Part shown: positions 9,923-24,300 of the stretch, one piece after another | Numbering within the stretch: the stretch's first letter is position 1 | Layout: every line of letters begins with the position of its first letter | NCBI GenBank assembly: GCA_030749075.1 | Contig: JASMKR010000031.1 | Coordinates: forward strand, 70,089-134,088 | Length of the DNA stretch: 64,000 nt | Reading direction: 5' to 3' | Source: Candidatus Thalassarchaeaceae archaeon | GTDB taxonomy: Archaea; Thermoplasmatota; Poseidoniia; Poseidoniales; Thalassarchaeaceae | Notes under the pieces: generated by a model | Told to the model about the DNA's origin: nothing | What the model saw: only the letters and a program-made list of their open reading frames with translations | Databases searched by the model: none | Position numbers and translations under genes: made by a program

Positions 9923-9924
<2 letters not shown>
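8608..9924 (+). CDS. HD-domain metal-dependent phosphohydrolase (dGTPase/SAMHD1-like superfamily)
   Basis: MKVINDAIHG..., H...RFEHSLG and LHDVGHGPYSH form the HD motif. There is a further D...D...LRD region. The 8578 ATG is in frame, but 8608 gives the canonical MK.I.D.IHG N-terminus. Confidence 0.7.
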
Positions 9925-11407
<1,483 letters not shown>

Positions 11408-13123
11408 TCACTCTGGAGAACGGCCTACCTCATCAATCTCGTTCATCCTATTGACGGCGACGTACCCCGCAATCGCGATTCCAATGACCAGTGCCAGCAT
11501 GATAGGTATGATGTAATGCAACCCCTCCTCTTCCTCAGCCTCGCCCCAGGTGATAGCACTGCTAACCATCTCCCCCCCTCCAAAGGCCAGATCGTCGACC
11601 AGTTGCGTAGGAGTAAGGACACGGCAAGTCAGACTGTCCTCACCGGTAGTGGACGTCCTCCATGTGAAGTGGATGGTCTCCTCGCCCCCAGCCCCAATCA
11701 TCGCATTGGGCCATGTAGGGGACAACTCCGCTGCGACTCCAGTGCTGGTGACATTGCAATCTATGGCAAGGATAGCCGCTGCGGTGCCCGTGTTCGCAAT
11801 CACCGCCTCGACTGCGACAGAGTCCCCCATAACTGCAGCATCGGTTGAATTCCCGTCATCACCCACTGCGATGATGGACACCCACTCTACGTTCGGCGTT
11901 ACTTGGTCGACTACGACATCTGTCTGCCATCCAAGGGAGAATTGACCTCCTCCGTAGTCCCCGATTCCTGATCCATCAGGATTCCACGCTGTTCTGTAGT
12001 CAGTGATGGTCACAACCGCCTGTTCGGTCCAAATGGGGCTATCCTCCCAGGTGTTGTCATCGGACCATGCGATCTCTACGACCCTCTCGCCTCCCCCCTT
12101 GATGTACGAAACTCCGTTCAAGTCGCTGAAGTTGCTGTATGATGGGGCGTTGTGCATGCCCGTGATCTCGTAGGCGACGTAAATGGCTTCGAAACTGAGG
12201 CGCTGTCCTGCTAGCCGCCTCTCCCACTTGTCAGTCAAACCACCAGAACCCCCCACATCCTCGCCCCATTCAATTGAGCTGTAGGCCCTTGCCCTGACAT
12301 CGTGGTCGTCAGTGCTATTGGTGAAGTTGGTCGTGCCTCCAAGAAAGATGGCCGCCCTATCGCTGGAAAGTATGACTGGACCTACCCTATTCATCACCGA
12401 ATCATTGATTGTAACTTCCCCGGTAGTTGATATCTGGCCGCCCTCAATCAAGGAATCTACAGCCCTCATTTGCCCCTCAATTGATACTGTAAACCCCGAT
12501 TCCCCATATACCATCATGTTCCGATGGAATAGGTCAGCGGCAGAGTAACTGATTTGATTCAAGTTCGAAGCGCTCAAGGTAATTTCACTTAGTGAAACCG
12601 GGTAGCAGAATGGGCCAACAAATTCAACCCATACATCAGTCGCCCCAGGTCCAAAAGTCAGGGTATACTCGGTGCCACTCATGGCTTCAGAATCGTTTCC
12701 AAAATAAGCTGTAACTCCATCTAGGCTTGACGAACCAATTGGCCTGAATGTGGCCTCAAATCTTTTGTTGGCGTCATCCCAAGGTATCATCACAGCAGAG
12801 CGATTGCTCTCATCGCAGTAACCATAGCCAACTAGGCCCGAAGGTGGTTCGGTTGCTATCATTTCCGAGTTTTCAACACGTAGAATTGATCCTTCTTCGA
12901 CGAAAATATTCACGCCTCTTTCCAGCGTTACCTCGGTGTTCGAGAAGGTCAGGGATCCGCCGTTGATGACCCTGATATTCTGTGACAGGGTCATGTCCTG
13001 CTCCCAAGTCATGTCAGATTCGATAATGATGTCCTCGCCGCTCTCAGCTGTTGCTCCAGATGGCAGAACCATCCCAGTTGCGATTAGTGTCATGCAAACC
13101 AATAGGGCGCTTCTGCCATTCAT
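11408..13123 (-). CDS. Secreted cell-surface protein with signal peptide and C-terminal TM anchor
   Basis: The Met25 start gives a classic signal peptide, MNGRSALLVCMTLIATGMVLPSGATA. The C-terminus is EEEGLHYIIPIMLALVIGIAIAGYVAV plus a charged tail. There are many N-x-S/T sequons. The track ORF extends to 13195. Confidence 0.55.
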   Translation of the reverse strand: MNGRSALLVCMTLIATGMVLPSGATAESGEDIIIESDMTWEQDMTLSQNIRVINGGSLTFSNTEVTLERGVNIFVEEGSILRVENSEMIATEPPSGLVGYGYCDESNRSAVMIPWDDANKRFEATFRPIGSSSLDGVTAYFGNDSEAMSGTEYTLTFGPGATDVWVEFVGPFCYPVSLSEITLSASNLNQISYSAADLFHRNMMVYGESGFTVSIEGQMRAVDSLIEGGQISTTGEVTINDSVMNRVGPVILSSDRAAIFLGGTTNFTNSTDDHDVRARAYSSIEWGEDVGGSGGLTDKWERRLAGQRLSFEAIYVAYEITGMHNAPSYSNFSDLNGVSYIKGGGERVVEIAWSDDNTWEDSPIWTEQAVVTITDYRTAWNPDGSGIGDYGGGQFSLGWQTDVVVDQVTPNVEWVSIIAVGDDGNSTDAAVMGDSVAVEAVIANTGTAAAILAIDCNVTSTGVAAELSPTWPNAMIGAGGEETIHFTWRTSTTGEDSLTCRVLTPTQLVDDLAFGGGEMVSSAITWGEAEEEEGLHYIIPIMLALVIGIAIAGYVAVNRMNEIDEVGRSPE

Positions 13124-13242
13124 TGTCACTCGGCTGGCCGAGGGGGAAATGAACATCACGGCGGCATGTCTCCGAAAAAATGGAATTAATCCCAATTCAT
13201 GATGTGCGAAAGTTCAACCGCCCAAGCGGCGTGCTCAACCCG

Positions 13243-13896
13243 ATGGCATCCGAGTACAGCCCCCTCATCGCGCCCTTGCTCGTACTGTGGCTCTATCTTC
13301 CCGGATACCTCTCGAATACCACCGCGATGCTTGGAGGCAAGTGGATTCCGGAAATGATCGGAATGGCCGTGAAGCCCATTGACGGGGGCAGGGTGCTTGG
13401 CGATGGAAACAGGCTCCTAGGGGATGGGAAGACCTGGAACGGTCTAGCCGGCGGAACCCTAGGAGGCGGTCTTCTCGGCATGCTCACCCACGCTCTTTCT
13501 CTTGGCAGCGAGGACTCCGATGCCCCATTCATCGATCCATTGACTGGAGTCACTCCGGATGCATGGTTCTGGCTCGGTGGGGAGTGGGGAGCAGTTTTCG
13601 TGCTTGGATGCGTACTGGGTTTTGGTTGCATGGTCGGCGACTCTGCTGGCTCCTTCGTCAAGCGTCGTTTCGGACACAAGAGGGAAGGCGACGAGAGCTC
13701 CGAGGCACCGCTGCTTGACACCCTCCCATTCGCGATTTCCGCCTTCTTGTTCGGCCAGTTATTGCTGGACCCTTCTATTGTCGGCAGTTCGGAACTGACG
13801 ATGGGGATGGCAATACTGCTGCTAATCACCCCAATCATCCACAGGTCATTCAACCTCCTCGGCTACCGCCTTGGCTTGAAGTCCGTCCCGTATTGA
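13243..13896 (+). CDS. carS: CDP-archaeol synthase (CDP-2,3-bis-O-geranylgeranyl-sn-glycerol synthase)
   Basis: It is a polytopic membrane protein. GDSAGSFVKRRFGHK is the CarS/CdsA-type signature. The track ORF starts at 13180, and the Met at 13243 gives a ~215-aa product. Confidence 0.7.
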   Translation: MASEYSPLIAPLLVLWLYLPGYLSNTTAMLGGKWIPEMIGMAVKPIDGGRVLGDGNRLLGDGKTWNGLAGGTLGGGLLGMLTHALSLGSEDSDAPFIDPLTGVTPDAWFWLGGEWGAVFVLGCVLGFGCMVGDSAGSFVKRRFGHKREGDESSEAPLLDTLPFAISAFLFGQLLLDPSIVGSSELTMGMAILLLITPIIHRSFNLLGYRLGLKSVPY

Positions 13897-13943
13897 GCAA
13901 TGATCTCCGGGGAATTGTCTATCGTGTCAAGCACAAGCGCAAC

Positions 13944-15221
13944 ACCATGGCTGGCATGGACGTACTAATCGTCGGTGGTGGTGGTCGTGAGCACGCGCTG
14001 GCCATCGGCCTTTCCCGGAGCGAGTCCGTGGCCACTGTCCACGCTTCGCCGGGCAATGCCGGCACGTCCATGGTCGGATTGAATCACGGAATCAGCCCCA
14101 ATGACATTGATGGACTGGTGAACCTCGCTGTCGATCTCGAAGTCGGCTTGGTCGTCGTAGGACCCGAGTCCCCCCTCGTTGGGGGGCTCGCAGACCGACT
14201 CAGGGCCAAGGAAATCCCATGCTTCGGCCCTCACTCCGAGGGTGCCAAGTTGGAGGGGTCAAAGCTCCACGCCAAGAGGGTCATGAGGTCGCTAGGAATA
14301 CCAACCGGCGACTTCATCGTCATCCACGACCAGGGTGATGTCCAATCCTCGCTAGATGCGTTCGAGCCTCCTTGGGTGGTGAAACGAGACGTCCTAGCCG
14401 GAGGCAAGGGGGTGACTGTGACGTCCAAGAGGGAGGATGCCGAGGAGGCTTTGCGAGAGGCGATGGAATCCGACGGTTTCGCCTTATTGGAGCAGCATCT
14501 CTCGGGGGAGGAGGCATCCGTCCTCGTAGTGATGGATGAGACGGGGTACATCCTCCTTCCAGCCAGTCAGGATCACAAGCGCGTGGATGATGGAGACAGA
14601 GGACCAAATACCGGTGGTATGGGTGCATATGCCCCAGCGCCCGTTGCGACACCGGCCGTGATGAGGAGGGTCACTGAGGAGATTGTCGAGCCAATGCACC
14701 ATCATTTGGGGGACGGGGACACGCCATATCGGGGATGCCTCTACGTCGGGCTCATGATCGATCGCGACGGGTCCCCCAGTGTGGTGGAGTTCAACGTCAG
14801 GCTGGGAGACCCAGAAGCCCAGGTCACAATCCCGCTCATCGCCTCCGACCTAGGTATGACCTTACTAGCCGCTGCAGAGGGAACGCTAGCCCAAATTGAG
14901 GTCGAATTCCACGATCTCAACGCTGCCACCGTCGTCCTCGCTTCCGAGGGCTATCCCGACACCCCCACAACTGGCCGACCAGTATCTGGTTGGGACGCAC
15001 GCATCGAAGAGGGACAGGTAAGCGCGTTCGTGCATCTCGCAGGTGCTATTATCGGGGAAGACGGCAATCTCCATTCCATCGGCGGGAGGGTCCTCTCCGC
15101 GACCGGCATCGCCCCAACCCTTGGGGAAGCAGTCGAATCATCCTACCAGATCATCGACGGTATCGAACTCGAAGGTTCGCACTACCGCTCGGATATAGGA
15201 TTCCGTGCCCTTTCGAGATGA
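13944..15221 (+). CDS. purD: Phosphoribosylamine--glycine ligase (GAR synthetase)
   Basis: MAGMDVLIVGGGGREHALA is the canonical PurD N-terminus, followed by ATP-grasp motifs. The track ORF starts at a TTG at 13893 and overlaps the carS stop. Confidence 0.9.
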   Translation, partial: TMAGMDVLIVGGGGREHALAIGLSRSESVATVHASPGNAGTSMVGLNHGISPNDIDGLVNLAVDLEVGLVVVGPESPLVGGLADRLRAKEIPCFGPHSEGAKLEGSKLHAKRVMRSLGIPTGDFIVIHDQGDVQSSLDAFEPPWVVKRDVLAGGKGVTVTSKREDAEEALREAMESDGFALLEQHLSGEEASVLVVMDETGYILLPASQDHKRVDDGDRGPNTGGMGAYAPAPVATPAVMRRVTEEIVEPMHHHLGDGDTPYRGCLYVGLMIDRDGSPSVVEFNVRLGDPEAQVTIPLIASDLGMTLLAAAEGTLAQIEVEFHDLNAATVVLASEGYPDTPTTGRPVSGWDARIEEGQVSAFVHLAGAIIGEDGNLHSIGGRVLSATGIAPTLGEAVESSYQIIDGIELEGSHYRSDIGFRALSR

Positions 15222-15254
15222 TGAGCGAACCCGTTCTGCCCCGTCATTACCGCA

Positions 15255-15273
15255 ACCGTTCTACGAACGGTTA
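15255..15273. repeat. Perfect hairpin AACCGTTC-TAC-GAACGGTT followed by AAAACAAG, 34 nt after the purD stop
   Basis: Read directly from the sequence. CCGTTCT also recurs at ~15229. It could be a purD 3' structure or lie in the aglB-giant upstream region. Confidence 0.4.
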
Positions 15274-15319
15274 AAACAAGCGTTCAGGTCGCCGCGCTGC
15301 TGAGCCTTGGCTATGTGGT

Positions 15320-18300
15320 ATGGTGGGTACGATGGAAACTGATAAAGAAGCACCCCAAGTCAACCTCCGGCTCCCCGGGATAGTCTCACCAATCGCCATC
15401 ACCGCGATGCTAACCATGCTCTTCCTAGGACTCTCCCAAATCGAGGGGCGTACAATTGACAACGACTACCTCACTAGCTCCCTGAAACTACCCCTAGCAG
15501 CCCTAGCCTCAGCATGCATTGGAATAATGTCCCCATGGCTGCGACTCAGCCCTACTGTAGGACTCCGTGTTTCAGTCCTGTCATTCGGACTGTTGGCAAT
15601 CGCTTCCATGGCGAACTTACTCGACCCTTTGATATTCGACAACTTGTTCGTCGCCACGTTCTTCCTAGTCGGTTCGGTAATTGGATTCCTAGTGGAGTCA
15701 AAGCGGTTTGAGGAGTCAAGCACCTTCCTTTCCGCCGTTGTGGGCCTGCACCTTGCCACGTCCTACGCTGCGGGGTTGGGGATTATCGACGGCGCTGCGA
15801 CTGCTCAGATGGTAAACGTCGAGAGAGAGGCAATCGGCTCTGCCTTCTTCGCGTTCTGGTTTGCGTCTATTGCACTCGGAATTGTTGTGATGATTGCCCT
15901 GAGGGGCACAATGGAGGAAGCGGGCTCCGGCCCGATGATGTCTGCGCTCCCCACACCGGCACAGAGCCTAGAGGCGACATCCTACGCTGCCCTCATCTTC
16001 GTAGTTCATTTGATCCCACTGGCGTGGATGGGGCAGATAGAGGACATAGAGAAATTCTCTGAGTCCAGCCATCTCGGTGTCGTCTGGGCCATCTTCACGA
16101 CCTTTGCCGTCCTATTGCACTCTTTCTTCCGGGCCGAGGGCTGGCACGTCCTCGGAGCGCTTCTAGCGATCAATTGGATACTGTACACTTTGGGCCATCT
16201 TCACGAGATTGGCAACGAGTTCCCATATCCCCTTGACGAAGGGGACTTGATTGGCTCGTTCTCATGGTTCTTCATGGGCTTCTGGCTAAACTTATTCGGA
16301 ATCATGGCAGCGTCTCGAGGGGTATTCGGAGACATCTCCCCTCGGAGAGAGCCAAGCGGCTTCAGAATCTGGTGGAAATCGAATTCCTACGGAATCTTAG
16401 TCAGCCTAGCCCTGGTAACCGCGCTGGTAGTCAGGACCGCATGGAACGTAATCCCGGCGATGAACGCGTCGGGAACAGGTCTCTGGGACATGACTGGGGG
16501 ATCTGACCCTTGGTACATGAAGAGGGTTGTCGACTACGTGATTGCTGAGAGGAGCCACCTCATCTTCGATCATGACAGGGCGTACCCACTCGGGGGCGTT
16601 AACCCTCGACCACCACTGTTCTCGTGGTCCCTCGCCCTAGGTGGTTTGGGACTCTCCTGGCTACTCGAGATTCCGGCTGAGGAGGCGGTTTGGTGGAGCA
16701 TGTCCGCCCTGCCAGCGATTTACGGTGCCCTCATCGTAATCCCCATCGCTGGAATTGCCACCCGGGTCCACAGCAAAACTGCCGGCATTTTCTCAGCATG
16801 GCTGATCGCACTGATGCCTGGCCACATTAGCAGGTCGACATTTGCCATGGCTGACCACGACTCATTCGCCATGCTTTTCCTAGCCACTGCATTCTACTTC
16901 TGGATTAGGGCACTGTCCGGGATTGAGCACAAGAGGCTGTTCGAATCTACCAGTCCGAACCCACTCTACCTGCTCGCCGGGATGAGGGAGAGTTGGAAGC
17001 AGAACCCCATGGTTATGGCAAACGCCACGATGTCCGGGATTGCTTTCACGTTGATGGCGCTGGGCTGGAAGGGGTTCGTCTACGGGCCGGGAATCCTATT
17101 CCTCGCTTATTCCGTACAGGTTGCCTTCAACATCTTCCGTGGCAGGGACAGCCTCCAGTTCACTGCTGCCGCGCTGCAGATGATGATGACAGCAATTCTT
17201 CTCCCACTGCCGTTCTACGGATGGCCTGGCCTGAATTTGGTCTTCGCGCCCAGTGGCATGCAACCGATGTTCTATATCATCGGTTTCACAATTGCCGTGG
17301 GCTGGGTGGCCAGTTCCTTCAGGGACAAGCCATGGCTACTCGTAATCATCAGCGGCACGATTCTATTCGGCACGATTCTAACTTCCCTCTACCTGCTCCA
17401 AGCCGCCGATTATTACAATGGGTGGGACATACTTTTCACAGGGGGGTTCTACTTCTCAAAGAACAAGATCTTCGGAACTATCGGAGAGGCTCAGGCTCCT
17501 AGTCGAGGGGTATTATTCGCCTCATATGGACCAGTGGTCGCCCTAATAGCAATTGGATGCGGCTTTGTTCTACTATGGAGGGGCAGTCGACGGAACAAGT
17601 CCGAGCTGACTCTACTGGGCTTATGGGTAATCATCGCGACATACATGGCATGGACCGCTGGAAGATTCATCATCAACGCAACTCCGGCTATGGCGGTTGT
17701 GGGCGGTGTCGGAATCTCCATGCTTTGGCGCAGTGCCAATTCATCTGAATTCGCCAAAGAATGGAGGAGGTCCGGCATTGGAACGCCCAGGGCTAGATTC
17801 AGGTCACTATGGCCTGCGACCAAGTCACGCCCCGGCATCCCAGCGATTCTGATCGTCCTCCTTCTTGTGGCCTCGCAGCATTCCACCTACGGAATTGACT
17901 CAGGCATCCCTAGGGGGGAGGAATCCGCCTATGAGGCCGACCTAGCCATCTACGACATCGCACCGGACATTCTGAGGGAGGACTTTTTCAATATCTTCTC
18001 TGTAATGAACAGCAAGGAGTACAATCCCGAAGTCTCAGGCCTTTGGTACATGGGCACGTTCGGCCCTAGCTTCAACAGCCAGGGCTGGAACCATGCCTAC
18101 GACTGGTTGTCCGAGCAGGACTCTGAGCAAGGTTTCAGCGAGCGTCCAGCCTTTGTCTCATGGTGGGACTACGGGTTCCAGGCTCTAGCCTCGGGCCAAC
18201 ATCCCACCGTTGCTGACAACTTCCAGTCGGGAATCCCAAATAGTGGGGGGATGCTCTTGTCGGCTGGACAAGAAGACACCCTGTCCATGTTCATCGTCAC

Positions 18301-21300
18301 TCTGGCACAGGGCGATAGAAAGTCCAACTCCGGCCAACTTGGCGATGATTTCATCGCATCTCTCAACGAGCACATGACCCTTCGACAGGTCGCGGAGTTC
18401 GAGAGCATACTCTCCAACAGCAACAGGGAATTCGTACTCAACAGATCAATGGGCGTCGTAGCGGTGTACAACGACGTCGAACTGCTATACGGAGAGCGTC
18501 TTGGTAGCGATGGCCTCCCTCAACCAGGAAAGGTCTGGATGGTAGTAGAAGATGGGATCCAGGTCTCCGAACCCACCTCGGACGAGTCAGAGGCCATGTC
18601 CCTGTTCAACGTGACCCGCGCCTCATCAACCAAGGTCAAAATCCGTGAGCCAGCGCACTACGACATTGGCGGATATAGGTACACCAAGGACCTGATAGAA
18701 GACTACTACGACATCTCCACTGGCCTTCACAGAAGCAATGCAAAGCTGGGGATGATGCGCGCCTTCCTTGTCACTGCCTTCGACATGGAAACCCTAGTTG
18801 ACATATACCACAGCATCACCTCTATTGAGTACGAGGTCTCCGACTACAACTCCCCACTGGGAAACACGGTGACCCGCAACAACGAGATTCGCTACTTCGC
18901 CGTCGATAACAGGCTCTTTCCGCTAGGTGGCTCTTACTATGAGGACCAATCCTACCATCGCGGACAGACAACAGGAATCTTCCATGCGCCAACTCATTTA
19001 TCGGGGCTAGATTTGGGGACCTACATCTCAACCATGTACCAAACCCAGAGGGGCGATGCCCTTACCGGAGCCAAGGAGATGACCCAAGCCGAATACGAAG
19101 CAGAGTACCGAGGCGACCTGATTAATCAGAGCGCGGGGGTGATCACGGACCCCTCCCAAGTCATCAGGATGACCGATATCGACTACCAGCACCAATCGGA
19201 GTTCTTCGAGACCATGGTCGCTAGGGTATACGTCGGATACGGGTCCTCAACGCTGGGGCTTCCGGGAGATGCCGAGACGCCTGCCGTCTGGTTCAATCCC
19301 CAGCAGACGAATATCATGGGCGCTCCAGGCTCTTCCTTGGAGTACGCCTTCGCTCTCCCCGGAGCAATGATGAATCACTTCGTCATCTCCAACTGGTACG
19401 ACGACAGCGAGTGCGAACTAAATGAGACAGGCGTCAAGATTAGCCAGTTATGCGGTACCATTTACGACTCAAACAGGGTCGTCAAGGTACTCAAGTACTA
19501 CAGCGGCGCAACCGTTGAGGGCACTGTCGAATTGGAAGGCATCGGCCCTGTTCCAAACGCTAGGATCCTGATTGAGAGGGATGCATTCAGCGGCGAGGAG
19601 GAACCCGATGAGAACGGCAGCGTGATTGATAGGGACGAGCGTACGTTTTGGATACCGATTGGCCATACCCAGGCCAACGAAAACGGGGAGTATTCCTTCA
19701 CCGTTCCCGCGGGCAAGATCCGAGTCTCCGCCTTCTCCGGAGAGCCAGACCTTGAGGCTGCTCGTCTTTCGATAACCCCCTCCGTGGCTTCCGAACTCGG
19801 CAACTCGATGTACGAACTGTTCTCCGAGCACAACGAACAGAGGAACGTCAATCCGATTACGGGAATCCTAGGCAACGTCTCGGGCTCGACCTGGCTCTCC
19901 GAGAACATCGTCAACGTCTCTGGGTCTGATGGCCACAGCAATGGCCAATCCCGGATAGAGGCCTCGATCTCAGTCCAGCCCTCCACTGCGGTCGGGGTCT
20001 TGTTGTGGTCTGGCGGCCTTGACTTCGCAGGGGACCCGATCCTGGGCTCTAAGGTGGTGCTGACTCCCTCCTCCGACGAGATTACTATTGAACCATATTC
20101 AGCACCCACCTCAAATGGTACGGTTGAGGGCGAATCTCTGGAGTTCAACGGCATTGGTCAAGCCACCTTCACAGGCGAGGGCACTGTCATCTCAGAGGGC
20201 ATTGTGACCGTCACCGATTTCACGGGGACACACACTCAGACCATCTTGGACAATCACAGTGTTACCGGGGAGGGCCAGTTCTCGGGCAAGGGCACGCTGT
20301 CAGGAACCCTTGTTGACATCACAGCCATTTCCTGCCCCAACGATGAAATTCCTGACGGGGCCGTCGTCTGTTTGCTTGAAAATGGTAAATTCCTTGTGAA
20401 TGGTACCGTAGATGCCTCGGGCAGGTTCACCGCCGACGGAACGGTCCTGTTCTCAAGAACCCTCAACCAGTCTACATTCGTTGGATCGGGTGAGTTCGAG
20501 ACGGACGCTACGCAGTCACTGCCTGCCTATGGGACCATCAATGGTACGGGAATGTTCTCTGGCACTGGGATTTTCAGTGGACCAATGGTCCAACCCGGCT
20601 CCTTCCACTTCTACGATGCCCTCCCGGGCGAGTACATCCCCTCTATCGAATTCGATGATGGCACGACGGTGGAATTGGGGAGCAACTTCCTAATCGGGCT
20701 GAATTCCTTGCAGGCCCCAGTGCAGCTTACTATCTCTGGAGGGGCCATAAAGGGCAACTTGATTGACCAATCTGGTGAACCCCTGTACGGCCAGATCTCC
20801 ATCTTCCCGGCCAACGACACTGCCGAGAACGCCACTACGGAGTGTTCCCAGACCGTATCCTCTCCATGCATGGTCATTCCTGATGACGACGGTGCATTCC
20901 AGATTGGTCCAATCGTCCCGGGGAACTACATAGCCGAGGTCGATCTCGACGATGATGGTTTCCCGGAGGTTTCCCAGGCTTACTCATTCCTCCCCGAGGA
21001 GGATTTCGTAGCCAATTTCCCCTACCCGATCCCAGAAATGTCGGACCTCTTTTTCACTCTCTTGGATGGGGACTCCCCACTCTCCGACCTAGAGGTCCTC
21101 CTGCGACCCGAAAATGGGTCGTTAGCTCCAGTCCTAGCGATATACGACTCGGATTTAGATTCCTACAGGGCCGAGCTCCCCCAAGGCACATGGATACTCA
21201 ACCATACTTTGTCAGAGGACAAGCAGCTCTGGCAACTTATCGAGATTGGCAAGGAGGATGTGTCCGACTCCTTCAGCTTCCAGATCAGCCAGATGGTGAA

Positions 21301-24300
21301 CGGCACAGTGCGATACTCCCAAGACGACAAGCAGGATATCGGAATCATAGTGCCAGCCGCGAGTCTCACTGAGGTAGTTTTCCAATGGGATGGATTCACT
21401 CTTTCTACCACAACGGACGCAGACGGCAACTTCAGCGTGATTCTCCCTGTGGATGCGGTTGTGGATGCCACCGTCGAAATTCTCATGGGCGTCGATGGAT
21501 TCTCTTCCAATGGTACACGCTTCAAAGTGACCCGGGGAATGGACGATGTTTCTCTGAACATTGTTTCGGGTGCCATGGCAACCGGCTCTGTGAGCCTGAA
21601 CCGACTTGGGAACCACTACACTGATGCAATCAAGGGCTGGGAAGCCGTCCATGTCGTCGCCACCAATACTGACGGGTCCACAAACGGGGTTTGGAGGGAT
21701 GAGGCCGATTCCAACGGCTACTTCGAGATGATACTACCTCTGGGTAACTGGACATTCGTTCTTGACCCCGGTCAAATGGGCTCTAGCACGGAGACTAGGG
21801 AAATCAACTCATCCACCGTAATAGATCTAGAGCTTCTAGTCTACCCGGAAGGGAACAGCACGGTCGTAATCGACCTCTTTATCGATCACGATAGAGACAA
21901 CAACGCCTCCAATGGGACGGCGGTGACATATCCTTTCGCCGTCCAGTCGTTGGAGGCCAACGGCGCTGGATACGAAGTGGTCGCAGATGGCGATGAATGG
22001 ATTTCCTCCGGAAGGGCCGAGATTTCTCTGGAACCAGGCAGGTACAGGGTTGTCGTAGAAAGGGCAAATGCCTCGGCAGACGAGCCCTTCGACACTCTCT
22101 ATGACCTCAACGAGGTGTTCCAAGTAGGCATGACTCCATCGGCTGTCGAGAGGTCTGTGGGATTCGAGCCCCTGTGGCTCGTAAACATCACCTTCAGCAA
22201 CGAGAGCGGCAGTCTCCTAGTCGACCACGAGGTCGTTTTCGTCGATAGCGAAAACGGATGGATCCAAACTTTCCTCACCGACGAGGAAGGCAGAGTAGTG
22301 GAATATCTGTCAGAAGGTGACTGGATAGTTATCGTCGACGAGTTCGAGACCAACTCAGACGTTTTCGAAGGACTGCGTCGCCTCATTAGCGTGTCCCAAG
22401 CCAGTGCGGGGGCCCGGTTATATTTCCAGACCTCCGAGCTGGCCGAAGTCTCGATTGCCCTCTTCGAGGATTTTTCTGGTTCCAGTCTCAACCAAATGGA
22501 ACTCAGGTTCACCTCCCAGGAAGGGTTGGGTTCATTCACTGCGCAGACCTCAGGCTTCTTGGAGACCATAAAGATCAGACCGACACCGGGAATGTGGAAC
22601 GTAGAACTTAACCAGTCTGACAACCAAGGAGTGAGATGGGTCATCGATAATTCCTCCCTAGTCGAATCAGGAGTCTCCGTCGGCGTCGAACACATTGTCA
22701 ATCTGACTGTTCGGAGGCTCGTAGAGATGAGCGGCAAGGTCTACTGGGACCTCGATGACGACGGGCTGCCAGGATTCGGAGAGGGTCTAGTCAACGTCTC
22801 GGTGAGCATTACTTCCAACGATACCACCAACCATTCTTTGACCACTGATGATGGTGGCGATTGGGCAATCTACCTCCCAGCCGGCAGTTCATGGAGCGTC
22901 TCGGTAGAAAAGCCAGGATTCGCCAACGAATCAGTTTCCGTCACCCTAGGATCTTCCCGCCATGTCGAGAATATCGTGATTTCCGCTGGGTCAGTCGAGG
23001 TTTCCGGCACCGTCTCGTACATTTCGGATGAATGGATATTTGATGATGATTGGGAAATCGTGCTGATTCCCGCGCATGGGATTTCTAGGGAGAGGGTCGT
23101 TCCAGACAAGGTTGGCAACGAAGTGGATGGGTGGACAGGCGAGTGGGTTGCCTCGGTGGAACCCGGGCGATGGATTGCCTACGTCACGGTCGATTCCCTA
23201 GAGGGGGAGTCCTACCTAATCGCTGTGGATATGCTCGATGCCGATACCGATGGTGGTTCGGTAGATTCAGATCTCTCGATTGGCGGCAAACTCTTCCTTG
23301 ACACCGAGTGGCTGGACTATGACGGTGGACTGCACTCCCTTTCAGAGATCGATGACTACGATCTAGTGATTTCAATCGGAATGGGGATGGAATGGTCCGA
23401 GCAACTGGGTGAGGATGGCACCCTAGAGATGCTACTGCCCACCGGGAGAATCGACGCATCGAGTGACTTCGAGATCGAGCAACGGGCTAGGAATATGTCA
23501 TACTCGGGCGGTCAAGGCGTTACAATGAAGGCCGGCCAGGACAGTCCACTAAAGACACTGAGCTTGGAACGGGTTTCGAAGCAGAACATCGAAATTTCAA
23601 CGATCGGGGAAAGTACCGTCACATTGGGACTGGATCCCGAATGCGAAGTCGAGCTACTACCTCCACCACATGACTGCGAATACACACCCGTCGAATTCTC
23701 ATTGCGCATCGACTACTTAGGACACAGTTCCTTCGACTCATACGACGTTGTGGGCACCGTCCTCGGGACTGATGGCATCCTTTGGCTTGTGCAGTTTGAG
23801 AACGACTCCGGGGGCTGGAACAGCACCGCCTCATTCGAGATGGGAATCGATAACGCTGAGACGATTGACAGCTTAGTTGTCAGGGTGAGTCCAGCAAACA
23901 AGAGCCAGGCCCACCATTTCGGACTTGGACACACTATTCTGATGAAGTTCAAGACTGCCGAGGGTTATTCCACCGAGCACAGTCTGACCGTGAAGGTCCC
24001 CAGATTCTCCGGATTCGAAGTAACCGAGGAATTCGTCGACACAGTCTACTTCAGTTCAGGGGATAAATTTCTGGAAATAGAGATTCCATTTCAAAATCTG
24101 GGGAACGCCGACGACCTACTGACTTTCGACTATCAATCTACTGAACACTGGAACGTGGGCATGCCAACGCTGCAACCAATCTCGCCATTCTCGGAGGGAA
24201 TTACGACTATGTCACTCTCCTACGCAGTCGAGGAGGAACATCTTCCCGAGTACGCGATTGACTTCACTGTGTCCGATGCAGAAAACAACTCCTACGACTA

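Noticed and set aside
19498-22737. Several 100-220-aa minus-strand ORFs inside the aglB giant gene (e.g. 19498-20154, 22099-22737)
   Set aside because: They are shadow ORFs in a high-GC gene. They are Ser/Pro/Thr-rich, lack motifs and are fully nested in a strongly supported CDS.
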